In this document: positions 36,397-45,007 of the stretch, piece after piece
How positions within the stretch are numbered: position 1 is the stretch's first letter
How the letters are laid out: the number at the start of each line of letters is the position of its first letter
Assembly: GCA_037142115.1 (NCBI GenBank)
Contig: JBAXBG010000001.1
Location: forward strand, 931 to 64,930
Length of the DNA: 64,000 nt
Source of the DNA: Verrucomicrobiota bacterium
Lineage (GTDB): Bacteria > Verrucomicrobiota > Verrucomicrobiia > Verrucomicrobiales > Akkermansiaceae
Direction: 5' to 3'
Translations under genes and position numbers: made by a program
Notes under the pieces: model-generated
Seen by the model: the letters and a program-made list of their open reading frames with translations, nothing else
The model's database searches: none
Told to the model about the DNA's origin: nothing

Positions 36397-37902
36397 TCAG
36401 GGGATATCCACCACTTGGAAAAACCGTTTGGGGGTGACGTCCGGGGCGACCGGCAGGGTGATCACCTGGGACACCTGACTCGCGGTGAACTGCGATCCCA
36501 CCACATCGGCGAATCCCGCCAGCGTCACGGAATCCCGGACCTTGTAATTGCTCCCCACCACCAGGCCAAGCACGGTGAATTGGATCTGCGTATTACCGGC
36601 AAGCATCTGCACCGAGCTGATGCGCAGGCTGGGTTGCGGGGCGGTGATCTGCAGGTTGGCGGCCGACTGGTCGCTGTTATTTCCCGCATTATTGTTGAAC
36701 AGTTGGATACCCGTGACGGGGGCGTCGAGAGTGCCGGTCCAGGTGTGCCCGTTGAGCGACGCGGTGTAGGTGGTTGCGCTGGTGACGGTGAACGAGAAGG
36801 GCATCAGCACATTGGCATTGTAGTCTTGGCCCGTGGATACACTCGTGTGCGTGGCATCCGTGAATTTGAACATCGAGCTGCCGCCGGTGAACGCAATCGT
36901 CACGCCGGACCCGCCGACACTGAGCAATTGGATTCCAACGGTCGCATCCGTGTCGATATTGGTGTTGTGGGCGTAGTCGAGCGACACCGTCTGGCCGGTT
37001 GCCAGCATACCTCCCGCGAACGCGTGCGTCTGAGCGATGACTCCTCCGCCCCCGCCAGCCCAGCACCAGATGGACCACACCGGGGTGGCCCCGATGCTGC
37101 CCTTGACGCAGCCGGTGGCGCCCGATTGGACCACGGTCCAGGCATCGACATCGGTGGTGCCATTCCACACCGCATCGGGGTTGACGTTCGAACTGGCCAA
37201 CACGGCGTAGGTGCCGGGGATCGCGGTGGCGGCGGCAACCTTCAGGTTGGCAGAATACTGGTCGCTGAAATCGCCGGCATTATTGTTGAAGACCTGGATG
37301 CCCGTGATCTCAGTGTCCACCGTGCCGGTCCAGGTGTGCCCGTTGAATGTCGCACAGTAGGTGGTGGCGCTGGTGAGAGTGAACGAGAACGGCATCAAGA
37401 CACCCTGGTTGTAATCCTGGCCGGTGGAGACATTCACGTACGTGGAGTCGGAGAATTTGAACATCGGGCTGTTGCCCGTGAACGCAACCGTAACCGCCGG
37501 CCCACCCGCACCCGCAAATCCCCCGGCACCGATCAAATTCAGGCCGATAGTGGCGCCGTTGTTAATGTTGTAGTTGTGGGCGTAATCGATCGACACCGTT
37601 TGGCCGACCGCCAGCGCCCCGCCGACGAAGGTGTGGGTCTGGGCAACGATTCCTCCTCCTCCGCCGCCATAGCACCAGATGGACCACACCGGGGTGCTGC
37701 CGACCATGCCTGTCGCGCTGCCGGTGGTGCCGGTATTGCCCACCGCCCAGGCATCGACGTTGCTGGTGCCGTCCAGCACCGCATCAGGGTTTTGGCCCGG
37801 ACCAGCCAAAAAACTATAGTTGCCAGGGGATGCTGCAAACGCAGCACTTCCAAGTGAGGTGATGGCCGCGAGCAGAACGGATAAATTGGGGAATGGGTTC
37901 AT
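36397..37902 (-). CDS. secreted protein with two tandem copies of the unassigned WSIWCYG6 domain plus a C-terminal beta-sandwich-like tail
   Basis: Signal peptide MNPFPNLSVLLAAITSLGSAAFA (start at 37902; the ORF opens at 37983). Two collinear ~195-aa repeats. Confidence 0.85.
   Translation of the reverse strand: MNPFPNLSVLLAAITSLGSAAFAASPGNYSFLAGPGQNPDAVLDGTSNVDAWAVGNTGTTGSATGMVGSTPVWSIWCYGGGGGGIVAQTHTFVGGALAVGQTVSIDYAHNYNINNGATIGLNLIGAGGFAGAGGPAVTVAFTGNSPMFKFSDSTYVNVSTGQDYNQGVLMPFSFTLTSATTYCATFNGHTWTGTVDTEITGIQVFNNNAGDFSDQYSANLKVAAATAIPGTYAVLASSNVNPDAVWNGTTDVDAWTVVQSGATGCVKGSIGATPVWSIWCWAGGGGGVIAQTHAFAGGMLATGQTVSLDYAHNTNIDTDATVGIQLLSVGGSGVTIAFTGGSSMFKFTDATHTSVSTGQDYNANVLMPFSFTVTSATTYTASLNGHTWTGTLDAPVTGIQLFNNNAGNNSDQSAANLQITAPQPSLRISSVQMLAGNTQIQFTVLGLVVGSNYKVRDSVTLAGFADVVGSQFTASQVSQVITLPVAPDVTPKRFFQVVDIP
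36646..37224 (-). other. unassigned ~195-aa domain, copy 2
   Basis: ...ATPVWSIWCWAGGGGGVIAQTHAF..GQTVSLDYAHNTNIDTD...GIQLFNNNAGNNSDQSAANLQI. Confidence 0.8.
37240..37833 (-). other. unassigned ~195-aa domain, copy 1
   Basis: ...STPVWSIWCYGGGGGGIVAQTHTF..GQTVSIDYAHNYNINN...GIQVFNNNAGDFSDQYSANLKV. Confidence 0.8.
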
Positions 37903-38175
37903 GTGGAGCATTTCTACGGGTTGATTTAGGGGGGAATTGTGGATTTGGGCTCTCCTGCGTTTGGGATCGCAGACCGTCCTCAATGCACACGCCGAAACTC
38001 CGTCGGCGGTTTACGGAATCAAACGATTTTTTTCGCAGCGCTCGCGGGAGTGTGATCCTGGGAGCCGCCACGGCATGCGAGAAACCGCCACTTGCAACAC
38101 TGAGTGGCGCGCAAGGTTGAGGAATAGTCGTGGGCAGGATTCCGACTCTCGAGCAAATTCACCCGCCCAAGCGGA

Positions 38176-39624
38176 TCAGTTGATCTTGCGAATCGAGTTC
38201 GCGGCCGAAAGCACCGTCGCCTTGATCTTGCGCACGGCAATGTTGCTGCGGACGTTGATGGCATCGTACAATTTGACTTCCTCGGCGTTGCCGCCGGCAT
38301 CGAGAATCGCGTCCATCACGCTGCCATTGGCGATGCGGATCCGGTCAAAGGCGAGGCCCGGGGCAATCCATTGCGAGGCCCGCGGGGTACCGGTGGTTTC
38401 TTCGCCCTCGAACAACTCCACCAGGCCCGTGCGATAGTCATACCGCAGGGTCACCGTGCTGATCCCCTCCAGCAATGGACAGGCATTGATGGCCTGCCAA
38501 CCCACCGGGTGCAGCGCCCAGTCTCCGCTGCTGCCGCACGGATCACCGACGAAGATCCGCTCCTGATCACCGGTGTAGAGGCTCACGCCCGCCCACCCTT
38601 CGTCACCTGGGCCGCGGCCTTCGATGGTCAACAAGAGGATGTGCGTGAGATCATTCAGATACGGCTGCCCGAGCGGCGCAAAGGCCGCGTTGCGGCGTTC
38701 TCCACGAGTATCCAGCACGCCGTTTCTAACTTCCATGGCCCCGCGCGTGGTCCGCCATGGCCCCGCACCGATATCAGGCAGCTTCCCATCCAGGGGAGTA
38801 CCGTCGGCGTCATGGAAATCATCGGCAAACACCACGACTTTTTCAGGAAACGCCGCCGAGAACGCCGCCTGGCCCTTGGCACCTTCGAGCTGTTGGTCTT
38901 TCCAGGCGGCCCCCTGCCCTTGCACCAGGTTGTGGATTTCCGCCGGGCGCTCGATCGGATGCAGCCGGACCTTGCCCTTGATCACATAGACGGCTTCCGG
39001 ACGGCCCGGATCCGCTATCACTCCGAACTCGGTCCCCAGATCTTCCACAAACAGCGAATCCGTCGCGCACACGAAGCCATCCGCGCCCGCCGGAACCTCG
39101 AACCAGGCCCGCCCGGAGTGCAACCGCAGCTTGTTAGGATTCTCCATGTCCAGTTTGCCCGGACCCTCGAAATATCCTTTGACCCCGCTGGGCATGACGA
39201 TTGCCACCGAACCACGGTCCAATTCCAACGTCGAACCCACCCACATCAGGTTGGTGCCAACCCGGCCCTCCGGGTGCTCGGTGCGACCTTTGGATTCCGG
39301 CCCGTAAACCAGGATGGCCGTTGGCTCGGGCGTGGTCAGCCGCAACAAGCCCGCGGCGCTTGCCAGCAGCGCAACGACCGCCACCAACGCCAGCCACATC
39401 CGCCGCCGCCGCACGGCCATCGGACTGGCGGGCATGCGGACAATATTGCCGCCGCTGACTTCAAATTTTTCCACCAGCAGGTGATGGATTTTCACGTAGC
39501 TGAGATAGAGACGGCGGAATTCGCGATCCTGCCGCATCCGTTCCTCCACCTTGGAAAATTCAGCCTCTCCGAGTTTGCCATCAAGGAGATCCTGAATCGT
39601 GGTTTCGTCGTCGCGCAGGCTCAT
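38176..39624 (-). CDS. FecR-type anti-sigma factor with a large extracytoplasmic domain
   Basis: N-terminal anti-sigma helix (DLLDGKLGEAEFSKVEERM). One TM segment (MWLALVAVVALLASAAGLL). FecR-like beta region. The ATG overlaps the sigma stop (ATGA). Confidence 0.85.
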   Translation of the reverse strand: MSLRDDETTIQDLLDGKLGEAEFSKVEERMRQDREFRRLYLSYVKIHHLLVEKFEVSGGNIVRMPASPMAVRRRRMWLALVAVVALLASAAGLLRLTTPEPTAILVYGPESKGRTEHPEGRVGTNLMWVGSTLELDRGSVAIVMPSGVKGYFEGPGKLDMENPNKLRLHSGRAWFEVPAGADGFVCATDSLFVEDLGTEFGVIADPGRPEAVYVIKGKVRLHPIERPAEIHNLVQGQGAAWKDQQLEGAKGQAAFSAAFPEKVVVFADDFHDADGTPLDGKLPDIGAGPWRTTRGAMEVRNGVLDTRGERRNAAFAPLGQPYLNDLTHILLLTIEGRGPGDEGWAGVSLYTGDQERIFVGDPCGSSGDWALHPVGWQAINACPLLEGISTVTLRYDYRTGLVELFEGEETTGTPRASQWIAPGLAFDRIRIANGSVMDAILDAGGNAEEVKLYDAINVRSNIAVRKIKATVLSAANSIRKIN

Positions 39625-40178
39625 GTTGATAGCCCCCTTTCTGCAATGTGGTCCGCGGGCTTGCTTGATAGAGAGTTCTCAATGCAGCGGCGCAACGCCG
39701 CGCGGATTTTGAACAGCCGGGCTTTCAAGGTTCCCGAACTGCGTTGCAAGGTGTGGGCGTATTCGGTCAGTCCGCAAGAGCTCGCATACCGCATTTGGAC
39801 CAGCTCCATGTCCTGCGGTCGCAGTTTCCCCATGCATCCCTCCAGCGCCCGCAGCGCATCTTCCCAATCCGCGGGACCCTCCTCCAGGTCCTGCGCAAAT
39901 TTTTCCGCCACCTCTTCACCAAAAACCAACCAGCCGTTGCGCTGCAGGCGCTTGCGCTGGCCCAACACCTCGAACCGCGCGACCGCAAACGCCCAGCTCT
40001 TGAAGTTGGTTCCAGGAACGAAATGGTCCTTCTTGGCCCAAAGCACCAGGTTCGTTTGCTGCAGGATGTCCTGAGCACCGGGACAGCCACCCATCAGGGA
40101 ACGGACGTAGGCCAGGATCGGCCCCTGATGAAGGGTCAGCTCCCTGACGAAGTCGCTATCTGGATTTTCCGTAGGCAT
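39621..40178 (-). CDS. ECF-type RNA polymerase sigma factor
   Basis: Start MPTENPDSDFVRELTLHQ at 40178; the longer ORF to 40493 lacks coding signal. Region 2 (FKSWAFAVARFEVL) and region 4 (GLTEYAHTLQRSSGTLKARLFKIR). Confidence 0.85.
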   Translation of the reverse strand: MPTENPDSDFVRELTLHQGPILAYVRSLMGGCPGAQDILQQTNLVLWAKKDHFVPGTNFKSWAFAVARFEVLGQRKRLQRNGWLVFGEEVAEKFAQDLEEGPADWEDALRALEGCMGKLRPQDMELVQMRYASSCGLTEYAHTLQRSSGTLKARLFKIRAALRRCIENSLSSKPADHIAERGLST

Positions 40179-40416
40179 CCGTTTGTATACGGACCGTTTC
40201 GCCAAACGGTTTACCGATTCAAGGAAAATCATTAGAATCACGCAGGCCTCCACCGCCGCCGGGGTGAATCCGGCGCCACAACCCTGGAAACCACGCTGGG
40301 TCCGGATTTTTTTCACCGAAAACGCCTTGCTTGTCGGCGCGTTGCCCGCTACCCCACGGCCGTTTTGAGCCGGGCTTCGCACTCTCTGCCGCCCGGACCT
40401 TCCAGCATTCACCGCC

Positions 40417-41643
40417 ATGAAACCGAAAAAAGTCGCCATTCTCACCGCCGGGGGGCTCGCCCCATGTCTGTCCAGCGCCATCGGCGCGCTCATCGATCGC
40501 TACACCGAGATGGATCCCTCGATCGAGATCATCTGTTATCGCGGCGGCTACAAGGGCCTGCTGCTGGGCGACAGCATCACCGTTTGCCAGAAGATCCGGG
40601 ACAACGCCCACATCCTCCACAGCTACGGCGGCAGCCCGATCGGCAACAGCCGGGTCAAACTCACCAACGTCAAAGACTGCGTGAAACGCGGCCTGGTCAA
40701 GGAAGGCGAGGAACCGCTGGAAGTCGCCGCACGCCAAATGATCAAGGACGGCGTGGACGTGCTCCACACCATCGGCGGTGACGACACCAACACCACCGCC
40801 GCCGACCTCGCCGCCTTCCTTGAGAAAAACAACTACAACCTCACCGTCATCGGCCTGCCCAAGACGATCGACAACGACGTCTATCCGATCCGCCAGAGCC
40901 TCGGCGCCTGGACCGCCGCCGAGCACGGCGCCCACAACTTCGCCAACGTGGTGGCCGAGCACAATGCCAACCCGCGCATGCTCATCGTGCACGAGGTGAT
41001 GGGCCGCAATTGCGGCTGGCTCACCGCCGCCACCGCCCGCGAGTATCAGGACGGGCTCGCCACCCAGCAATGGCTGCCAGAAATCGGCCTCACCAAGGAG
41101 CGCTTCTCGGTGCATGCGGTCTACATTCCCGAGATGGCCATTGATTTCGATGTGGAAGTCGCCCGCTTGAGCCAGCTCATGGACGAGCATGACAACGTCA
41201 ACATCTTCATCTCCGAAGGTGCCGGCCTGGAGGATATCGTGCGGGCGATGGAGGCGGCCGGCAAAACCGTCGTGCGCGATGCCTTCGGCCACGTGCGGCT
41301 CGATGCCGTCAATCCCGGTGCCTACTTCGCCAAGGAAATCGCCGCCCGCATCGGCGCGGAAAAGACCCTGATTCAAAAGAGCGGCTACTACAGCCGCGCG
41401 GCCGCCGCTAACAACGCCGACCAACGCCTCATCAAGGGCTGCGTCGACCTCGCCGTCGAATGCGCCCTGCGCCGCGAAGGCGGAGTCATCGGTCACGATG
41501 AGGACCGCAACAACACCCTCCGTGCCATCGAGTTCGACCGCATCAAGGGCGGCAAGCCCTTCGATATCGACACCCCGTGGTTCGAGGATCTGCTCGCCAC
41601 CATCGGCCAAACCAAAGGCGCGCGCGTCGAGGTCGGCCACTGA
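40417..41643 (+). CDS. pfp: pyrophosphate-dependent 6-phosphofructokinase
   Basis: PFK motifs ILTAGGLAPCLS, HTIGGDDTNTTA, GLPKTIDNDV and MGRNCGWL. The ~408-aa length is typical of short PPi-PFKs. Confidence 0.9.
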   Translation: MKPKKVAILTAGGLAPCLSSAIGALIDRYTEMDPSIEIICYRGGYKGLLLGDSITVCQKIRDNAHILHSYGGSPIGNSRVKLTNVKDCVKRGLVKEGEEPLEVAARQMIKDGVDVLHTIGGDDTNTTAADLAAFLEKNNYNLTVIGLPKTIDNDVYPIRQSLGAWTAAEHGAHNFANVVAEHNANPRMLIVHEVMGRNCGWLTAATAREYQDGLATQQWLPEIGLTKERFSVHAVYIPEMAIDFDVEVARLSQLMDEHDNVNIFISEGAGLEDIVRAMEAAGKTVVRDAFGHVRLDAVNPGAYFAKEIAARIGAEKTLIQKSGYYSRAAAANNADQRLIKGCVDLAVECALRREGGVIGHDEDRNNTLRAIEFDRIKGGKPFDIDTPWFEDLLATIGQTKGARVEVGH

Positions 41644-41656
41644 TACCACCCAAGGC

Positions 41657-41682
41657 CTTGCTCAGGCCGATGCCTGAGCAAG
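41657..41682. terminator. perfect 11-bp-stem hairpin between convergent genes
   Basis: CTTGCTCAGGC-cgat-GCCTGAGCAAG. It has an A-run after it on the + strand and a T-run before it on the - strand. It lies between the pfp stop (41643) and the stop of the 77-aa ORF (41697). Confidence 0.5.
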
Positions 41683-41696
41683 AAAAATCCTGGCAC

Positions 41697-41930
41697 TCAC
41701 GCCACCTTCAGGGCCTCGCTCTCGGCCGCGAGTTCGGCCTCAAATTCCGCCTCCAACTGGGCCTGAACGTCCGCCTCGCTCTGCTTGGCCGCCGCCTCGG
41801 CGGCAGCCTCTGCCGCGACCTGCTGGGCCTCAAACTCTAAGGATTTCGCGGCATCGCGAGCCACGCGTTTATCAAACTTCCTCTGCTCGCGCTCGCGGCG
41901 CTTGTAATCTTTGCTTGGTGTGACGGCCAT
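41697..41930 (-). CDS. small Ala/Glu/Lys-rich hypothetical protein (predicted coiled coil)
   Basis: 77-aa ORF with an ATG start and a basic N-terminal half followed by an acidic Ala-rich half. No family recognised. Confidence 0.4.
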   Translation of the reverse strand: MAVTPSKDYKRREREQRKFDKRVARDAAKSLEFEAQQVAAEAAAEAAAKQSEADVQAQLEAEFEAELAAESEALKVA

Positions 41931-42169
41931 TGGTAATTCCCTTCTGCGTTGCTGAATTGTGTGCCAGGCCCTCGGTCTCGTTGCGGCGGCGACCTCAGCC
42001 TGGCCGCGGCCTCATACCGTGAGGTGCCAGTTCAAAGCAATGGAAATAAAGCGAAATGACCAACTTACAACCGGAGAGGGGCCGTCGCGGCAAGGCTTGT
42101 ATGCCCGTCCCTGCCGTGAACGGCCGAATAAAGCGTGAAATCCTCCCCATCCGTGGTTGACTGGCCCGG

Positions 42170-42583
42170 ATGAGTCGTCACCAAGGACACCAAGCCAACC
42201 GCGAGGCCCCAGGCCTGACGCCGGATCCATTCGGCGCGCTGGCCGCGCTCGGCAATTTGCCTGCGGGGCCGACCGATCCCCCCGATTCCGACCGCGTCAT
42301 TCCAGTCAAGACCTCTCAACGGGGTCAGAAAAATACCCACCGGGGCCGCGTGGATATCGTCCGGCAGACCGCCCATCGCGGCGGCAAGGTCGTCACCGTG
42401 GCCAAAAATTTCACCGGCATCGGGCTCGCTGAGAAACAGATCCTCACGAAAAAAATGCAGAAAGCCTGCGGCGGCGGCGGCACGGTCAAAGATGGCTGCA
42501 TCGAAATCCAAGGCGACAAACGCGACGAGATGAAGCGCATCCTCACCGAAGCCGGCTTCCAGCCGGTTTTCGCCGGTGGCTGA
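42170..42583 (+). CDS. SUI1/YciH-family translation initiation factor
   Basis: The C-terminal GGKVVTVAKNF.G...EKQILTKKMQKACGGGGTVKDGCIEIQGDKRDEM matches the SUI1 domain. Confidence 0.85.
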   Translation: MSRHQGHQANREAPGLTPDPFGALAALGNLPAGPTDPPDSDRVIPVKTSQRGQKNTHRGRVDIVRQTAHRGGKVVTVAKNFTGIGLAEKQILTKKMQKACGGGGTVKDGCIEIQGDKRDEMKRILTEAGFQPVFAGG

Positions 42584-42721
42584 GTGACGCTCAATGCGTC
42601 CGGGGGGGGCGGCGGCCATGGAATGCTTACGACGCCATCCTTTTTGGCCATCACCAGGCACTGATCTTCTCCCCGCCGGGCGGACCATGCGCATGAACCT
42701 GCGAGTTCCGGAACCGTCGAT

Positions 42722-43819
42722 TCATACCCTCACCCGCAAATCCCTGACGCTCCACAGCAGCCCCTTCGCGCCGCTGCCGCTGCCCCTCATCGAACGCGCG
42801 CCATCCTTGCGCTTGGCGCTGAACCTCTCCCGCGCCTGCGCAAACGCCTCGTTCACAAACCCCTTGCTCCCAATCACCGCCCCGTCTGTGAAATACCTCA
42901 CCCGGCATCGCAACATCTTCGCCATGCCAAGGTCCTTCAAGACCGTGCCGTTGTCCCTGCCTTCCAACATCTCAGCCGTGTTCATAGTGCCTTGACCCTG
43001 ATGGTTTCCGGCTCCAGCCAGTTCCGCCCGCCCGGCTTTGCGTCCCAGCGCCATGCCCATCAACCGCCGATATAAGCGTGCGACCTCCGACCATTTTCCC
43101 GCCTCAAATCCCACTCCCTGATCGCAATAATACGCCCTCACCAACCCCTCGCGCGCTTTTTTTCCGTTCCCTTTCTTGCCGCCTCCCACGGCTTCGCCAT
43201 AGCTGCTCCAGCGGTAATCCGCCGGGTCTTTCACCATTCCGGCTCGCACCGGATTGAGGTCGATATAGGCCGCCATCGTCCGCGCCGCCACCCCGCTTTC
43301 CACGATCACGCTCTTGAATCGTTCTTCCCACAGCGTCCCGGTCCGCGAATGCACCCGGTTGAACCACCTCGTGAAGCGAATCAGCAACCCTTTCATGAAC
43401 TCACTGAGATCATGCATCCGGTAGGTGTATCGAGCATGAATGGCCGCCACCCGCGCCCGTCCCGCACCACCGTCCGCGCCGGCATCCTTCTTCCTCGCCG
43501 CCGCCAATTCCACCGCCACTCCCGCCACAACCCCCTCGGCATATAGCCCGCCCAATCGTTGCAACAACTCCTCGTCACTCAGCCCGCCATCCACCATCCG
43601 CGGCACCTCCAGCAGCAAGTGAAAGTGGTTCGACATCACGCAATACGACAATACCCGGCAGCCCGAGAATTTCTCATACATCCGCAGAAACATCCGGAAC
43701 GCCTCGCATTCCCGCTCCCCAAACACATACCGCCGATCCACCACCCGCGAGATGCAGTGATAGATCACCGGCTTCCTCGCGGAATCCTTCCACCCCGCCA
43801 GCCATCGGGCTCTGCGCAT
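42722..43819 (-). CDS. RAYT-like (IS200/Y1 HUH) tyrosine transposase family protein with a long C-terminal extension
   Basis: HUH motif in YCVMSNHFHLLLEVP. Catalytic Tyr region YIDLNPVRAGMVKDPADYRWSSYGEA. Confidence 0.8.
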   Translation of the reverse strand: MRRARWLAGWKDSARKPVIYHCISRVVDRRYVFGERECEAFRMFLRMYEKFSGCRVLSYCVMSNHFHLLLEVPRMVDGGLSDEELLQRLGGLYAEGVVAGVAVELAAARKKDAGADGGAGRARVAAIHARYTYRMHDLSEFMKGLLIRFTRWFNRVHSRTGTLWEERFKSVIVESGVAARTMAAYIDLNPVRAGMVKDPADYRWSSYGEAVGGGKKGNGKKAREGLVRAYYCDQGVGFEAGKWSEVARLYRRLMGMALGRKAGRAELAGAGNHQGQGTMNTAEMLEGRDNGTVLKDLGMAKMLRCRVRYFTDGAVIGSKGFVNEAFAQARERFSAKRKDGARSMRGSGSGAKGLLWSVRDLRVRV

Positions 43820-43981
43820 GAAACCATTCTACCACCGGAAATCACTCAATCAAGCGGCTTCCCTACTTTTTGTCTGTCACTTTGTTATGATCCCGGGCGC
43901 GTGCCAGCGCTGATCCAAGTCCCTAGTGGTGACTGGGATCCTCCTAGTCGCAGGGGGGGCTGATGCCCCTTAGACAGGGGC

Positions 43982-44806
43982 ATGAGAAAAATCTCTGTAC
44001 CAAGCGTCGGGCATTTGAGTGGAGCTGTGAGTCATTGCGCGCGAGTCATTGGACTTGGCAAGGTGGCGGGAGGACTCCTGGGACTCGCCCTGCTCCACGG
44101 CCCGGCCGTGGTTTGCGCGTCCACACTTCCCGGCACGGCCAGCGTGGTGCTGGTCTGGGACCCGAATCCCGAACTCAACACCGCCAGCTACCAATTGAGC
44201 TACGGAACCACGCCGGGCGTCCATCCCAATGTCATCAATGCCGGCGCGACCACCACCGCCGCCGTGACCGGCCTGGTTGAAGGCACGACCTACTATTTCG
44301 AGGTCAGCGCCTCGAATCAGGCGGGCCAGCAAAGCGTGCCGTCGGCCGAGGTTTCCTATCTCGTCCCGGCCGGTTCGGCGAGCGCGCCCACCTTGGCGGC
44401 ATGGGCCACGGCCGCCGACTTGAGCGCCGGGGACGCGGATCCGCTCGCCAGTCCGCACCATGACGGCATTCCGAATCTACTCAAATACGCCTTCGGCATG
44501 AATGGCAGCGGCGCGGACGTGAGGGTGATCGTGTCCGGCACCGGGACGGTCGGGCTGCCCCTCATCGCCCACAGCGGCAGCAGGCAATCGCCCGTGCTGC
44601 GCTTCGAATACCTGCGCCGCAAGAACAGCACCCTCACCTACACCCCGCGCAAGTCACTCGATCTGCAGAACTGGCTGCCACTCAATGTCACCCAGCCCTC
44701 GACGGTGACCGATCTCGACACCGAGTGGGAACGGGTGGTGTATGCCGAGCCCTGCGAGGCCACCACGCCGAGCTACTTCGGCCGGGTGGAGGTGATGCTG
44801 CCCTGA
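43982..44806 (+). CDS. secreted fibronectin type III domain protein
   Basis: The FN3 pattern LVWDPNPELNTASYQLSYGTTPG...GLVEGTTYYFEVSASNQAG. The C-terminal module (HHDGIPNLLKYAFGMNG) is like those of the PATR proteins. Confidence 0.8.
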   Translation: MRKISVPSVGHLSGAVSHCARVIGLGKVAGGLLGLALLHGPAVVCASTLPGTASVVLVWDPNPELNTASYQLSYGTTPGVHPNVINAGATTTAAVTGLVEGTTYYFEVSASNQAGQQSVPSAEVSYLVPAGSASAPTLAAWATAADLSAGDADPLASPHHDGIPNLLKYAFGMNGSGADVRVIVSGTGTVGLPLIAHSGSRQSPVLRFEYLRRKNSTLTYTPRKSLDLQNWLPLNVTQPSTVTDLDTEWERVVYAEPCEATTPSYFGRVEVMLP

Positions 44807-44857
44807 CCATCCCGCGGCGAATCATTCCAGGAAGGTGGCGGTGATGGTGGTAAGTGT

Positions 44858-44903
44858 TCCAAAGGGCGGGTCGGCGGTACGGGCTCCAAAGGGCTGGTCG
44901 GCG
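44858..44903. repeat. two 19-bp direct repeats (27-bp period)
   Basis: tccaaagggcGggtcggcg at 44858-44876 and tccaaagggcTggtcggcg at 44885-44903. Confidence 0.6.
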
Positions 44904-45007
44904 ACCCCCGCAACCGGCCTGGCGGGGGGATTGAGCGGAATTACGGGGAATCCGGTTGCAGGTTGGGGCCGGGCCGTCTTAAATCCCGCCCCGTGCCCCC
45001 ATTGGAC

